Positions 12,114-25,739 of a stretch of DNA of 64,000 nucleotides are shown here, in pieces. Origin of the DNA: Oikopleura dioica (taxonomy: Eukaryota > Animalia > Chordata); the NCBI GenBank assembly GCA_907165135.1, contig OU015567.1, positions 3,658,001-3,722,000 of the forward strand, read 5' to 3'. Numbering within the stretch: position 1 is the stretch's first letter; each line of letters opens with the position of its first letter. Both the position numbers and the translations under genes were made by a program. The notes under the pieces were generated by a model, which searched no databases, had not been told where the DNA came from, and saw nothing but the letters and a program-made list of their open reading frames with translations.

Positions 12114-13879
12114 ATGCGCAAAAAAGTCGATTTATTTTTGGCGCTTCTAAATTTAGCAGCAGCGCAAAAAGAATTTGAAAGCTCCAATAATGAGGTGTTT
12201 ATAAATGCTGACGGTCATCCCATTGGAATCAGGTGCACTTTTGAAGATGGCTGGTGCCCTGGATTTCATAATCAGCGAAATAGGGATCCGAAAAATCACG
12301 TGAGTAAACCTTTTTTCCCTTCTTTTAGTTTATTCTTCATTTTAGTATATGGACTGGACAGTAAGCAAGGGAGTATCAGACTCGCCAGTCACGGGGCCAG
12401 AAGTAGACCATACAATGGGAACGAAAGATGGCCACTTTTTGCATCTGAAGGCGGAAGGAAACAGATTTTTGGCGAAAGGAGAATTGCTTTCGATGAATTT
12501 CAAGTTGGAATATTCGAAATACTGCGTCGGAATGTGGTATCACATGATGGGCAAGCATGCTTTTTCGCTGAATATTTACGCGACCATTCCAAGAGAGTAA
12601 GTCCTTGAAGATGTAGCCGGTTGTCGGAATACCGGAGGATCTTTCCAAGATTCCTGTCTAGTAGACAAGGGCCCCTTGTAAATGTTTTAGAAAGTTATTC
12701 AAAAATCATATTGATTATTCTTTTAGCAAAAAGCAGCCTACCCAGCAACTCTTGAAGGCATCTGGCGCCAAATCAAGAAACAAGGTATGCACTCAATAAT
12801 TTCTCTTATCAAAGCTAGAAAATTAAAGAACAAGGAGATTTTTACTCAAAAAAATTTTTTTCAGAGCAACTGGCTTTACACTCAAAATGAAGTTACTGTG
12901 CCGCTTTATTCGCCTGAATATGTTAATTTGACGATTCATGGAGTAAGAGGACTTTCTTATTCTTCTGATATCGCTATTGACGATTTCTTCTTTCTTCCAG
13001 GTAGATTTCTTTTCCTTCTTCTTCTTCTATTTCTTTCAAGGGCCTTGTCCACAAGTCACGACAACAAAAGCACCACTACCAACGACCCTCCCTTCCTACG
13101 AACGAACAACCCCTCCAACTCTCTCACCAACAACAACGACTACAGAAGATCCAACAGAAAATCGCGAGTACATGCCATATTTCGTCACTCAACTGGAAAA
13201 ATGCACGGTCAACGGAGTAGTAGAAAGCTACCTGCCAACACTGAGCGTCTGCTGCGGCGGGAAAATCTTGAGAAGAAGTTCTGGATCGAAATGCTGTAAT
13301 GGAGTCCAGTATTTTAACCGAAAACAGGATTGCTGCGAAGATCAAGTGATCAATCGCGCCGAGAAGAGTTGCTGCGGAGGAGTCATCACCGAAAAAGTTT
13401 TCGGCGAAATTTGCTGCGGCGGTGAGAAAAGAGCCGAAAAAGAAAATGAAAAATGCTGCGGAGACAAAACTTTCTTCGATACTACCCAGATGGGCTGTTG
13501 CGGAGGAGAGACTTTTGACAGGTAAAAATTGAATGGTAAACTTGGTCGTAGTGAATTTTAAGAGCAACGGATTATTGCTGCGGCGACAAGATAATTTCGC
13601 TCGCAGATGAAAGTACCAAGTGCTGTGGAACTGGGAAAAAAGGAAAAGGTTCGTTTTTCTTAAAGTTTTCTTCTTCTAGAGCCCTTTCTAGTGGTCGGCG
13701 GGCGAGAAGGCTGCTGCAATGGAAACACCTACATGACATTCGAATACTCCTGCTGCGTGGACAAATTCATCTACCACAAAAAAGACGAAAGATGTGACGC
13801 CGAAACTGGAGTCATTACTCAAGTCTACTCGAAAAAAACTCCAAGTATCCAGTTTGGAGAGCGACACTGGTTGTTTTAG
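12114..13879 (+). CDS. Secreted protein: signal peptide + MAM domain + Thr-rich linker + tandem CC(G) cysteine repeats (galaxin-like)
   Basis: MRKKVDLFLALLNLAAAQ; CTFEDGWC; DWTVSKG...TGPEVDHTMGTKDGHFL; CVGMWYHMMGKH; RGLSYSSDIAIDDF (MAM motifs); TTTTTEDP; then repeated CCGG/CCNG/CCED/CCGD every ~13 aa. Confidence 0.85.
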
Positions 13880-15277
13880 ACATTTTTTTTTAATTTTCTT
13901 TGATTTATATTTGTTATCTGCCTCTGTAAAGCTAAAGCTATTATTCAATAAAGTTAATTGCAGTTAAATGTTTCTTTTATATAAAATATGGAAAAGGAGA
14001 AATTCTGTCGATATATTTGAAGAAACGATAAAAACGATTTGAAGCGCTTTATTTTTAATGAACCCGCGACAAATATGCCGGTAGATTATCTTGATCTTAC
14101 AATCTAGACGGCGATTAAAATACAAAATCAAATTCGAAAAGACTCGGAGAAAATTAATTGCTTAGTCGTCTTCATTGAATATGGAAAAGAAAGGTATTGA
14201 CTGTGAAAATAGATGTGGTTTGAGAGAATAAAAAGAGGACACATGGGATCCGAAAGTGGAGACCTGAATTTCTGATTTTTAGTGAGAAGACAATCGAGAG
14301 CGATGGTACCTTTTGACGGGTCATTTTTGGTTATTCCGGAGAAAATTCTGTAAGTAGTCGGTCAGGCCCTCATTGTCAGGGGTAGGGTCAGGGTTTGAAA
14401 TCTGAAAATTTTGAGTCAGAGAAAGAAAAGAATGCGGGTTTTCTTAGAAAATTTTTAAGAGCAAAAATCGGGTTTTGTTTATTTAAAGATGAATTAAGGG
14501 TATCACTTCGTATAATTAACATGTCATACTCTTCGTTGATTTCATTGATTTCAGTCTTTTTCGATCAAAATTGAAAACCTCGAATCAGCATAAAATTAAT
14601 AGCCAATTAATCTCATTTCGACAGCCACAATTATACAGCCAGTGTCTCGATCAACAAGCAGTTCAGAGACTGAACTTATCGCACATTTAACACATTATTC
14701 TTTGATGCAAAATCTGCAGCTCTGAGATTGCCATAACCGCAGAGAGGATTCAGGACCTGAATTTCAGGTATAAGAGAGGGCCAAGAATATCGTCAACCTT
14801 TCAATAGTCCATTCATTAAACATTGAGCTACTGAATCAGTACTGTACTGTATCAGATTGGATATTTTCGTCTAAAATTACCGAAAGATAAATGAGTAAAG
14901 TTTGCATTTTCCTTTAACTGTAGGAACAGATTCGAAATGGAATCGATTCAATTGAATGTTGGAAGCAACTGTATAAACCCTAATTCGCTCAAATCTGTGA
15001 GGTGTGTTTTAACTCGCCCTTTAGAAAGAATAATTTGCTCGTTCTTTTAAAATCACGCGATTTATTTTCAATCGCTCAAGCCGTTTTAATTGAAAAAAGT
15101 TGTTAGGGGCAAAAAGGCCGTGATTATTTTTAATCGGTTTTTTAATGCTCAAGTTTTTAATCTAACTAGTTTCTTACCGATTTAAAAGCACCGACGTTTG
15201 ACGAAAGCAAGGTGCATTAAGAACAAGTGAAAATAGAAATAGAAAATAAATATTTTTCCTGTAGTAAAGCGAAGGAC

Positions 15278-15864
15278 ATGTCGGAGATAGAAAATTTACC
15301 AAAGGAGCTTGTTGATGAGATTCGGACGACTTTCAAGATTTTTGATCAGGACGATGGTAGGTTTCTTCGTTGATTTTAATTGATACCAAGTTTAGATGGT
15401 AAAATAACGACGAAAGAACTTGGTACTGTTCTTCGATCCTTGGGCCAAAATCCGACAGACGGTGAGCTTCAAGAGCTGATTAATCAGGTAGCAAGAGGTT
15501 TTCTTTGATTTTTTCACTCATTTTTTATTAAATCTAGGTTGATTACAATCGAAATGGAGTCATTGAGTTTGATGAGTTTGTTGACCTTATGATGAGGTAA
15601 CTTGACTCATACTTTCTTCCCTAGTTGATTTTAAGGGACTACGCAAAAGTCGACCACGAGTCCGAAATCTCCCATGCTTTTCGCCAATTCAGCCCGGATA
15701 TAAACTTCACGATCCCGATCAAGGAAGTGATCGACACGCTAGAAATCATCGGTATACGAGAATCTGAAATTCGACAGTTTGAAACAGAATGTTCTACCGA
15801 CACGAATCGTCTTGCCAGAAGAGATTTTCTCGAAATGATTCATCGCCAAAATGTAAAAGAATAA
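15278..15864 (+). CDS. Calmodulin-like EF-hand protein, 4 exons
   Basis: Spliced [57 protein letters not shown] closely matches the calmodulin N-lobe. C-lobe loops are degenerate. Confidence 0.9.
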
Positions 15865-16037
15865 AACTTACCACTGAAATTCTCGATTTGAACAATCAAG
15901 GAAGAGAACGAGAAAAATTACGATTTTTAAGTTTTATTGAACATTCAATGTTGGCAGTGAACTTTACAGCTAACAGTTATTTTTTCTATAAACAATTAAT
16001 TATCAATGTACAGTGTGCAGGATAGTCATTAAAAGAA

Positions 16038-19000
16038 TCATCTCAGGCCGCCAGGAACGGTCGGCTGAGGGGTAGTTGGAATATTGAAGAAATTATTGTT
16101 CCCAAGTCGTTTTTTCTCGGCGATGCATTTGATATTGTATCGGTAGAACCATGTTCGGTCGATGAACTGAAGTTCCTCGTCTCCCGGCTCTCGGTATTTT
16201 TTGTAGTCGTCCGCTGCCTTTTGCGTTCGGAAGCAGCTGTGAGAGTGACCAACACTGATGTTATCGCAGAAAGCAATTTTGACGCGACCAAGAGCGTCGA
16301 GGAAGAATTCTTTGTGGCTGATTCGCTGGAAAATGCCGTCGAAGCCGATGGAACGGATGGAAAGTGTACGGGCCATGTAGAAGTTTTGAATTACATCAGC
16401 GATCTTGCAAGTTGGGTAGGAGTCCAGAACGCCGTAGGAGCCGAAGGTTCGGTAGAGGCAATCACCTTCGCTTCCTCCAGAAAGTCGGTCGAATGTCGAT
16501 GTGTAGCTGAAGATAAATTGTGAAGAAAAAATATGATTTTTGAAACTTACCCCCAATTGGATGCTCCTGCTTTCCCACCAACCAAATCCAAATCAGTCGT
16601 TTCTAGCACTTCTTTCATCCATTCGAGATTCGTGTTTTCAGTGAAGAAGAAATCATCATCGACCCAGACGAAATACTCCGTCGTCACCTAAAGCAAAATT
16701 TTGAAGAAATTGATCAGATTCAAAAGAAGATTGAAATGGCCCATTGGAGATTGAAAACTCAATCTGTCATATTTGGCGGTCGAACATCTCCCAGTTAACC
16801 CATTTGCGGTCGAATTACAACGCTCTTAGCCGCGTTTTGTGCCGACCGCAGCTTCTAATTTTAACAAAACTAGAATTTTCAAAATTTTCTTTCTGAAACG
16901 AAATTTTCGTCCAGAAGGAGAAAAGTAGGCAAAATAGGATTTTGGCCGTGTAATTTTTTTTCGCCAGGGCCAGGTGAAGGGAGGCTCTTTTGACATTTGA
17001 GGACAGACCTGCGGTCGGACAGGCGGAATTTTCCAGCAATGCCACCAGGGCAGGCTAGTTAATGTCAAATGTCAAAATGTCCAAATGTCATTTAAGATAA
17101 GGATGAATTAAATTCTTATTAGAAAATTATGATGAATTTTATGCCAAAATAGAAAGGATTTTATCGCCCTCTAAAACCCTTAATTTGAAATTTTAGTGAT
17201 TCAAAACTCATGTCGAAATGTCATTAATAATGACTCATTAAAAATAAGCTGCGTATCATAAGCATATATCTAATTCTAATTTGAAAATAATGATGATTTT
17301 TTTGCCAAAAAAAGACAGTTTTATCGCATTTTAAAACCCGAAATTCGAATTTTATGCGATTCAAAAAGCTGCGTTTTTGGAGCTGATACCCTTAATTTGT
17401 AAAACAACAAAATATTTATAAGAAGCAGTGATAGGAGCTGTGCTTTGTTATCAAATTCTCGGCAAGCTGAAAACTCTACGCGGGCGATAACAAAATAAGC
17501 CAACGGAAAGGGATTTGGTGGAGGCGAAAATTTGGTGCACGGCGTAATTGATTTGCGCTTAAAATTTTTAACCAAAAGCCAGTTTTACGCTGATCCAAAG
17601 ATAGGAGAATTTTCTTGAAAAAAGGAAGACTTTAAAACCCTTTTTCAAGAAAAAAAATATAGCAGAAAAAATCGTAATTTAAAGTCTTGAAATTGCAAAA
17701 ATGCCGGAAAAATTGGAGTCATAAATTTTTCCCGGGAAGATGTACCACTTATTTCGCTAATGATATATTTTCACAACTTGGCAACCCTGCCTGTGAATAT
17801 TTTCGGCGGATGTATTCACAGCTTGCGCGGCGTTAGATGTTTAATTAACCCGAGAGATATGCGACCGCCCGGTTGGTATACACTTTTTTTCTCAGGCGAA
17901 ATTTTGCAAATTTGCGCCAAATATCAAAAGAAAATTGAGAAAAGACTGTTATAAAATCAGGATTTTGCTGGTCTTATCAACCCTGGCCAACTTTTTTTAT
18001 AAGAATTTGATCAAACCGCAAAAGTGTTTTAAATTTTCTACTTCCCTTGCGCCGGATTAGCTTCAAGTATCAAATCGCTGATAGCGGGCTTGATTTTAAA
18101 AAGTGTGTAATCTCAGCCACAAGTATGGCGGCCGAGCTCGGATCGCATGTCGCGAAAATTTGACGGATTAGAAATATCGCTAACGCCGGATAAGACGGCT
18201 AACTTCGCTGCTTTGCAAAGCCCGGCGAAAGTCGGCGAAGTGATAAGATTTCCCGCAGAGAGTAATCCGGGGCTTATCAAGCGAAAGTGAGAAATTTGGC
18301 ATAGAAAAAGAACTGACAAGGAGCTTTTCCGAGGCAATATTTTGGAAATAATGATAAAAAAAGCGTCAGAAAAGGTGATAAAATTCGAAAAAATAAAAAA
18401 ATTACACTCATCTCGTATCAAAATCTTTCAAAACCGCAAAACTAGTACTCGAATCCGACGAATATTTCTAAAATCATGGCATTTAGCGATTTTCCGAGCA
18501 CCTGTTTTTCAGGGCGGCCGCGATAATCTCGCCATGTCGAACCAGAGTCGGGATCAAAGTTAGCCACCTTAGTTAACCACCTGGTAAAACAGATCTGTGA
18601 GATGAGCCGTCCGCGCGCCGTTTCTTTGGGAACCGGCGCTGACCCTTTTAACCGGATAAAGTGATAGCGCTCCGGTGCGGTTTTTAATCAGCCATCTTAC
18701 TCGACTTTCTCACTGATTCTCTACTGCAGAGCCATCTTTTCTAGAGCCAGGAAGGCGGCTTTGAGGCACCGCAGGACATTGATAAGGAAAACGCTTTTTA
18801 TTTCCTGTAATTATCGTTTTTTAGCTTATCAATTTTGGCTTCTCCCGGTCTGGACCCGGAAACCTGTGTAGAAAACCTGAGTCAGGGTTTTAAATATCTT
18901 TTTTAAAAAGCCGCAAAGCGGCTTTTAAAATACAAAGCCGCAAAGCGGCTTCGAAATTTGACTTTCTTATCAATTATAAAATTGTGGCGCTCCATTTGTT

Positions 19001-22000
19001 TTGAATTTCAACAATAAAATTGATTTCAATAGAAGAGGATTTGCTCTAGAAAGCGACTGTTGTAGAAGTTCTTAATTCAGAAGCGGCACAAACAAGAAGG
19101 CCGCTTGAAAATGCTCAAGTGTCAAGGAGCTAACGAGATAATGCACTTTTCAAAGCTCATAATTTGTTTTGCTTTCGATCCGCTTTGAAAGTCCACCGCC
19201 AGCAATTGGTGGTGCACATTAGCGGTAACGAGTTTGTGAAATGGGAATACCAGGCTGGGACTAGTTCCGTCCAACTGACGCCGGTCGGCTCTGGAATTCG
19301 GAAAATAGCATTTTTGGATATTCAGTCTTTCTTTTTATGTCAGCGTATATTTTTGAGCGAAAATGGATAAGATAAAAGGGAGACATAAAACTGCGCGAAT
19401 GCGGAAATGTTCTGTCAAAATTTCATGTCCCGCCCAGCTTTGAACCAAAATTGGCGGGCGCTGCAAAAAGTTATCCGTCAAAGACCCTTGCTACTTGTCA
19501 AAAACAACATATACTTTGAATTCCAAAAGTAAGAGACGTCCATTTTAAATCTTCTATTTCCATAAAAATCAATAATAATTTCGATAAAAATTAAATTTTT
19601 TTTTGAAAATTGAAGATTCTTGTTTACATTTTTGCTCAAAAAATATCTCAAAATTTTCACCTCGGCGAAAATTTTTTGCGGCCGAAAAGGCCCGGCTGTG
19701 TACCAATTCTTATCAAGTGGAACTGAAATACCTAGCGGTCAGATAAGGGACCGCTGCGATCGATTTTTCAAAATCGCAAATCGGAATTTGCGACTTTCGA
19801 TATTATATCTATCGCACGGAACGAGTGGACGTGCGAGCAGATAAGGTTGAGGGGTCATTAGCCGGCTGCGGACATTCTTCAGATGGATGCCCTTGAAGGC
19901 TCTTCGCCCGAGAGAGTATTGCCAAAATAACAATTTTATACCCACAGGAAGCGGGGCCATATGTACCAAAAACGCATACTTCAATTATTTCAATTACTTC
20001 TTCGTATTTTTGTGCGAAATAGAAGTATACAGTAGATTCGTATCCCATAATTCTTTTTCTGTTCTTCTGTTCTTGATAACTTATCAATGATGAGCCTTTT
20101 TCTTATCAGTATTTTTTCTTGAAACAAAAAAGCGGATTTCTTATAAATATTGGATAACATCGATGATTTTTTCAAAAAAAAAACTTTTCGAAGTTGATTT
20201 TATTTATTTTAAGCCAATTTTGCCTTCCGAAAAATCGTTTTGCAATAAGTACAATTGGGCATAGTAAAACGGGTGCTGGGTTGGTACCTAAATCCACATT
20301 TTGACAACAGATGATTATGCAACGGCGATAAATCGCAGGTGCACCGCTCAAGCAAAAGCCCAAATAAAAGACCCGCATTGATGGTTGAAAAATGTATTCA
20401 TCAAAACAAACAAAGCCCATTTCGAATTTTCGGCCACTTTTTTACCTGCGAAATCGCCAAGTTCTTTCCATTGTTGAATCCGATGCCTCTGGGCATTTTG
20501 AACTGGTCGACTCCTTTGATCCCAAGATCTTCATAATTGATCGAATCATCCGCAACAATGATCCGAACGTCGGGATAGACTTCTTTGACGCTTTTAATCA
20601 AATTACGAAGGCAGGGATAGCGGTCGAATGTTTTCACGCAGATCGTGACCGTGTCCGCGATGGAGCCACTTTTCGGATCCATCAGAAGAGGTTGTTTTGG
20701 GTATTTGATGTCGAGTGGGATTTGGGCCTTGTGAGGACCGTAGCGGATGGTGATGACGTCGGTGGAGCCTTTTGGGTCGTATTTGGTGGATTTGAAGGTA
20801 ATCGAAGCTGAAAAATGTAAGTTTATATTTTGTCGGAAATATCATTTTTAAAAATTCTAGAGAAAAAATTTGATTGACTAGGTGGTTTTTTGGCAATTCT
20901 GATTGGTTGAGGCCGAAATCGAAGTACCAATGTATGAACCAATCAGAATGCTCAAAACAGGCATTTGACCACTCAAAAACTGTTTTTTCAATAATAAGTG
21001 ATGGATCTACGTAAGATTTATTTTTAGAATTTGGACTGGATTGCCTTTGTCATCCCTTTCTTTTTTTCCGAGATTTTGATTATTTGAGATGGTTTGGTCG
21101 AATATAAATTCGCCTGTCATATTCGTTTGGAGCCCGTTCAACATTCAAAATATTCAAACAAAGAATTCCCCCGATCCGCGAAACTTAACCCATGGCCGGA
21201 ATTAAAACGTTTAACCCTCGCTCTTACCTAAAGCCTCGTTCATCTGCTGCAGCGTGTCGGCGAACAGCGTCACAGTTAAGCTCTCTTCTTCTTGTCGAAC
21301 GCCGGGAGTTTCTTGCAGCTCGATTTTGCCGTAGTGCGAGTAAATCACCGCGCAGACGACCTCCTGGGACCGCGAGTGACCCGCCGGTCGGCAGGTGCTT
21401 GGACCTTCGCTCGAGTTTTTTTCGTCGTCGAAAAGTGGGAGAAGTTCAATTGGCGGAATGGACAGCTTTTTCAGGGGCATGACTTCGAGGCTTTTTTCGG
21501 TTCGAAAATTTGAATTGAGAATGAAAAAAGTGTATTTTTAGAAATTTGAAAGTCATCCAAAAAAGTCGAGTTTTTTGAAAATTTGAGTCGGAACTCGAAA
21601 ATTCTAGAGAGGGACTTCAAAGAGAGAGGACCGGTGGCTATGTTTAGAATTGTCAAAACATCGAGTGAGTGGTCCCTAAGGGCGTAGAGATCGGACCCGG
21701 ATGATGAAGACTTTTGAGTTTTCGAGTGACTTTTCATGCTTTTGATGTTTCTTTTTTTATAAATTTGTTCATCAGCAATGTTTTTTTTTATAATTTAATC
21801 GGGAGCGTCAATACTTGAGACGATCAAGTATTTCCCTGGACGGAAATATTTTCAAAACCGAACCCATAGTAAGGATAAATAATTGGAATGTTCGAAGTGT
21901 AAAGAATTGTTCCATCACGAATCGGCGACTTTTTCGACGTCCTAAGTTTCCATTTCTCCAGTTGCGCGCTAAAAATAAATTGAATTTACGAAAATATAGT

Positions 22001-23801
22001 TATCATTTATTTTGAGTCTTCATATTCGCTGGATTTACGTAAGCAAACGATCAAAAATCATTCATGCATCATAAAAATTCAAAAACTCCAGTTTGTCTGA
22101 GAGATGTGGCCTAAACCTGTGATCATCCGTCGCTCGGCCAGGCTAATCACGCAGTAGCGTCGGCGGATTACCAGATCCGGCCCGGAATATCTACGGCCAG
22201 CGAATTTACAGTTTTTCTCGAAAACATAGAATTTCGCATTTCCTTCCAGAATTATTTTTTGAAAATTTTCAATTAACGACCGTTTTGGAGGGCGCCCTTC
22301 GAAGTTTGGCGACAAATATTTTTTCTGGAATCTGATTGGTTTATCGCCAAAATATCAAAATCTAGTTGGTCTGAAAGTTAACCAAAAATTTGAAGAAAAT
22401 TATCAATTTTTGAGTCAAAATTTTACGATTCGCGCCTCGCTTACAAAAATAAAAGCCGCCTGCGGCTTTGAAGAGAAAATCCGAAAAGAAAAATTTGCGG
22501 CTTTTTTAATCAGTTTGTTTTCATAAAAAATTCTCAATTTTAACTGTAACTTACTTTCTTCTTTTGATAGCATCATCATATGCATCCGCCGTCAGGAAAG
22601 AGTTTCCAAAGTAATTCACCTTCAGATCCTTGTTTCCCTTGAATTCGGTCTTACAATCGCAAGTCTCGTCGCCGAAAGATTGCGGGAAACTAAGGAGGCT
22701 TCGTGTATTGCGCCTGATGCTTTCATCCGCGGCTCGTCGAGCAGCGGGCTTTTCCGGGAAGTTTTCGAAGTGAAGATTTGCGCCTTTTGAGAAAGTTTGA
22801 TCAGCAGAAGAATCCTGAAAGGAGATTTCATGGAGAGTTGAAATCGAAATCTCTTTGATTCAAAACTGCGCTTGTTTTTGTGAAAACAAGAATCAAATCG
22901 GAAAACACAGATTTTTCAGCCTCAGAACAATTGCCGAACAAGTCGTGTTCCGCTTCCCAAAAATAGATTTACCCGTTTTATGGAAATCCATTATTAAAAC
23001 TGTTTTCGACTGGAAATAAGATAAGGAAACCGACGCTCGTAATAAGCACAAAACTTGTTTGACTGTAAAAAAAGAACAGTAAGTCTAAATGGCTGAATTC
23101 TAGCCGCTGAAATGTGTTACGACTGTTTATACATCTATTTAGTTTACTTTAGATTATAGGCTATAATTTATAGCCGAGACAGCCTTTTGAGGAAAATAAG
23201 CCAAAAAGAAATATGAAAATAAAAAATAACGTGTTTATAAACAGCCGCTCCCCCGATGCAGGTTGGAAAATCCTCGTGGGATCGGAATTTTTCACACAAA
23301 ATCGGGCAACCTGGGAATTTAAGATAGAATTACAGTGAGTCCCTAATAACGCGTGAAGGAATCTCGGTATTAGATCTTGTTAATAAAGGATGATGGAATG
23401 TTTTGACTCGAGATTTTGAGAATGGTCATTTGTCAAATGAACAAAATTCTAGTTGAAAATTATTTTCCTTTTTTCACGACAAATTGTCGAATGAAAATGA
23501 GGAGGTGGCTCAAACCGAAAAAAGAAGAGAATTTTGACAAAAATGAACGTTAGATTTTTGACCAATCAAATTTCGGTTTTCAGCCGGAAAGCCAATAAGA
23601 TTTTAAAACTAGAATTTTGATAAAAAACTTATTTTTCTTTTCAAGCTGCCCCCCTGTTTTCAGGAGAAACAATAAAGGCCTCTTGTTAAGGGTGTCACAT
23701 TGATATTGTTCGCTTACATTAAGGGACGACCACGCAAACAAATAACCAATAATTCCAGGAATAAAAACGCCAATAAATCGTTGAATTATTCTTTCGATCA
23801 T
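16038..23801 (-). CDS. Beta-1,4-N-acetylgalactosaminyltransferase-like (B4GALNT1/2 family, GT2 fold), multi-exon with a ~3.7-kb intron
   Basis: N-terminal anchor [24 protein letters not shown]; IYPYYG|LEVMPL; [21 protein letters not shown]...IIVADDS...[17 protein letters not shown]|[13 protein letters not shown]...DLDLVGG; [11 protein letters not shown]...GFD...HKEFFLD. Confidence 0.9.
18853..18953. repeat. MITE end followed by two AAGCCGC-N3-GCGGCTT hairpins
   Basis: aaacctgtgtagaaaacctgagtcaggg, then aagccgcaaagcggctt twice. Confidence 0.65.
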
Positions 23802-25527
23802 TTCTTCTTACTGTAGCTCTTCGTGTAGCTCTCTGTATGTTTATTTTGCTCTGTTTTAAAGTACTGTTTTGTTTCACGACAAGTTCGCTTTGGGCTGTGT
23901 CATTGTCGCAAAAAAGTGAGTTGATTCTGTTTACACAAAAGATTCAAAAGCGCAAGAAAAAAATCGAGCGGTTAGCGGAATTTTCAGCTTGAACGCGTCG
24001 ATCGTTGCTCAGGGGCCCCATGAGCGCGCGCGATAATGCTCACCAGCGCCACCTGTTTAGCGCAGAATTTAGACTTGCATGATAACTGGTCGGTTTTGCC
24101 ATTATTTCAAGCTTAAATTTAATGAAAAAAAAAAGATATTTCTTTTCTCAAAATTAAGGGTATCAACTCGATTTCATAAAAAAAATTTTTCATGGAAATA
24201 TTGAATTTAGCATACCCTTGATTTTTGCCTTGTAATGATTGCATAACGCGGTTTATGAACTTGCCAAAGTACAAATTTTATAACCAAGGCGTGGTTTATG
24301 AAAAAAATTTTTTTCAAACTTTCTTCAAAATGTTTCGGCGAAAAGCGACAAGTGCAAACCGCAGAGGTGTTTTTCGGAATCGCCGCTCGTGATTTGAAAA
24401 AACGCTCGACAAATGCCAAAACGATAAACGGTTTAGAATTTTCGCGCAAATGGGATTAGAAAGAAAAAAACGCCGGTGGAAGTCGTTTTTTGAGGACTTT
24501 CAGCTTTTTCCAGATTTTTTGTAGCTATGAAAGTGACACCCTTATTTTTAAATGAATTGAATGGCCGAATCATCTGTCGAAAATAAGAAAGAGAGCCCCT
24601 TAAGATTCTTCTTCGATCGAATTTATTAAAAAGAAAAAGCCGCTGCTCCGAAAACCGAGCGTGGGACCGCGCGAGTACCGGACGGTAATAGCTGCCAATT
24701 ACCGCTTTCGAGGCCGATCAATCATCAATTTCTTTCACTAAGCGGCTTTAAATTGATAAAAAAAGTCATTGGTCGACCGCTAGATTCACCGTTTTCCTTC
24801 AAAAGACCATTTAAAAAAGTATATTTTTGGGAAAAACACCTTTTCGACCCCTTAAAATCGATCTTTTCAAAACAAAGACTTAATAAAAAACATACAAAAT
24901 GACATTTTAAACTTAAAAGTACCAGGATCAAAAAGGGCTCTTATCACTGAGTGAAGCACGATAATCTGCTTTCCGATAACAATAAATTTTGGCACTCTCG
25001 CTGCCAAAAGCAACCTGTTCCGGAAGCTGCGGAATATTTTTGAAACGCGCGGGAAAGTTTTTGTTCCGGCTAAAAGGAAAACTAAGGCCGCAAGAAAAAG
25101 ACCGAGTTATTTTGATTTCAACCCAATTTTCTAGTTTTTCTTTTGTCCGAAAATCCGGCTAGATCTTCTCAAATCAACGAGAGAGATGCATATCTTCAAT
25201 ATTCAAGAGCATCGTGGAAATTCAGTTAATCTGGAAGTCGCCCTTAATTTTTGAATTTTACCATGTTTTTATTAAATTTCTGATGAAAATATCAACTGAT
25301 TAGAACCAGAAAAGGGTGAGAGCGAGCTGCAATTTTCCGCCCTTCATAAGTGTATCGCTGTGACCTTTTTTCTAGCTTCGATAAATCGGTTCATCGCCTG
25401 AGAGCTGGGCCTGGCATTCACACGGGCCCGGCCCGTCAACAACTGACGTCCGGCGCATTTGCCTTGTGCTTATCAGATTGGTTTCCATTTCGATTTGGGG
25501 ATCATTTACTGTTGTATACTCTCCATA

Positions 25528-25660
25528 AAACAATCTTGGATAAGAAATCGAGAAGCCGCTTGCGGCTTGGAGAAAAAAATTAAGCCGCGCAAAACGCGGC
25601 TTCTTATTTCATAGCTCGAAGCCGCAAGCGGCTTCTCGATTTCTTATCAAAGATTGCTTT
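25528..25660. repeat. Palindromic cluster of three AAGCCGC/GCGGCTT hairpins
   Basis: Outer inverted repeat aatcttggataagaaatcgagaagccgc / gcggcttctcgatttcttatcaaagatt encloses three hairpins. Confidence 0.7.
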
Positions 25661-25739
25661 GAAAAGAAGAAGAGAAACGGATCATTAATTTTCAGAAATA
25701 ACTGTAATTCAAAAAAAGGAAGAAAGGATGAAATTTCGC

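Noticed and set aside
14498-17391. TTAA-GGGTATCA ... TGATACCC-TTAA as one Kolobok element capturing two genes
   Set aside because: Only 8 bp of TIR match, another such end lies at ~24157, and the right end falls inside an intron of an intact gene. Independent solo ends are more likely.
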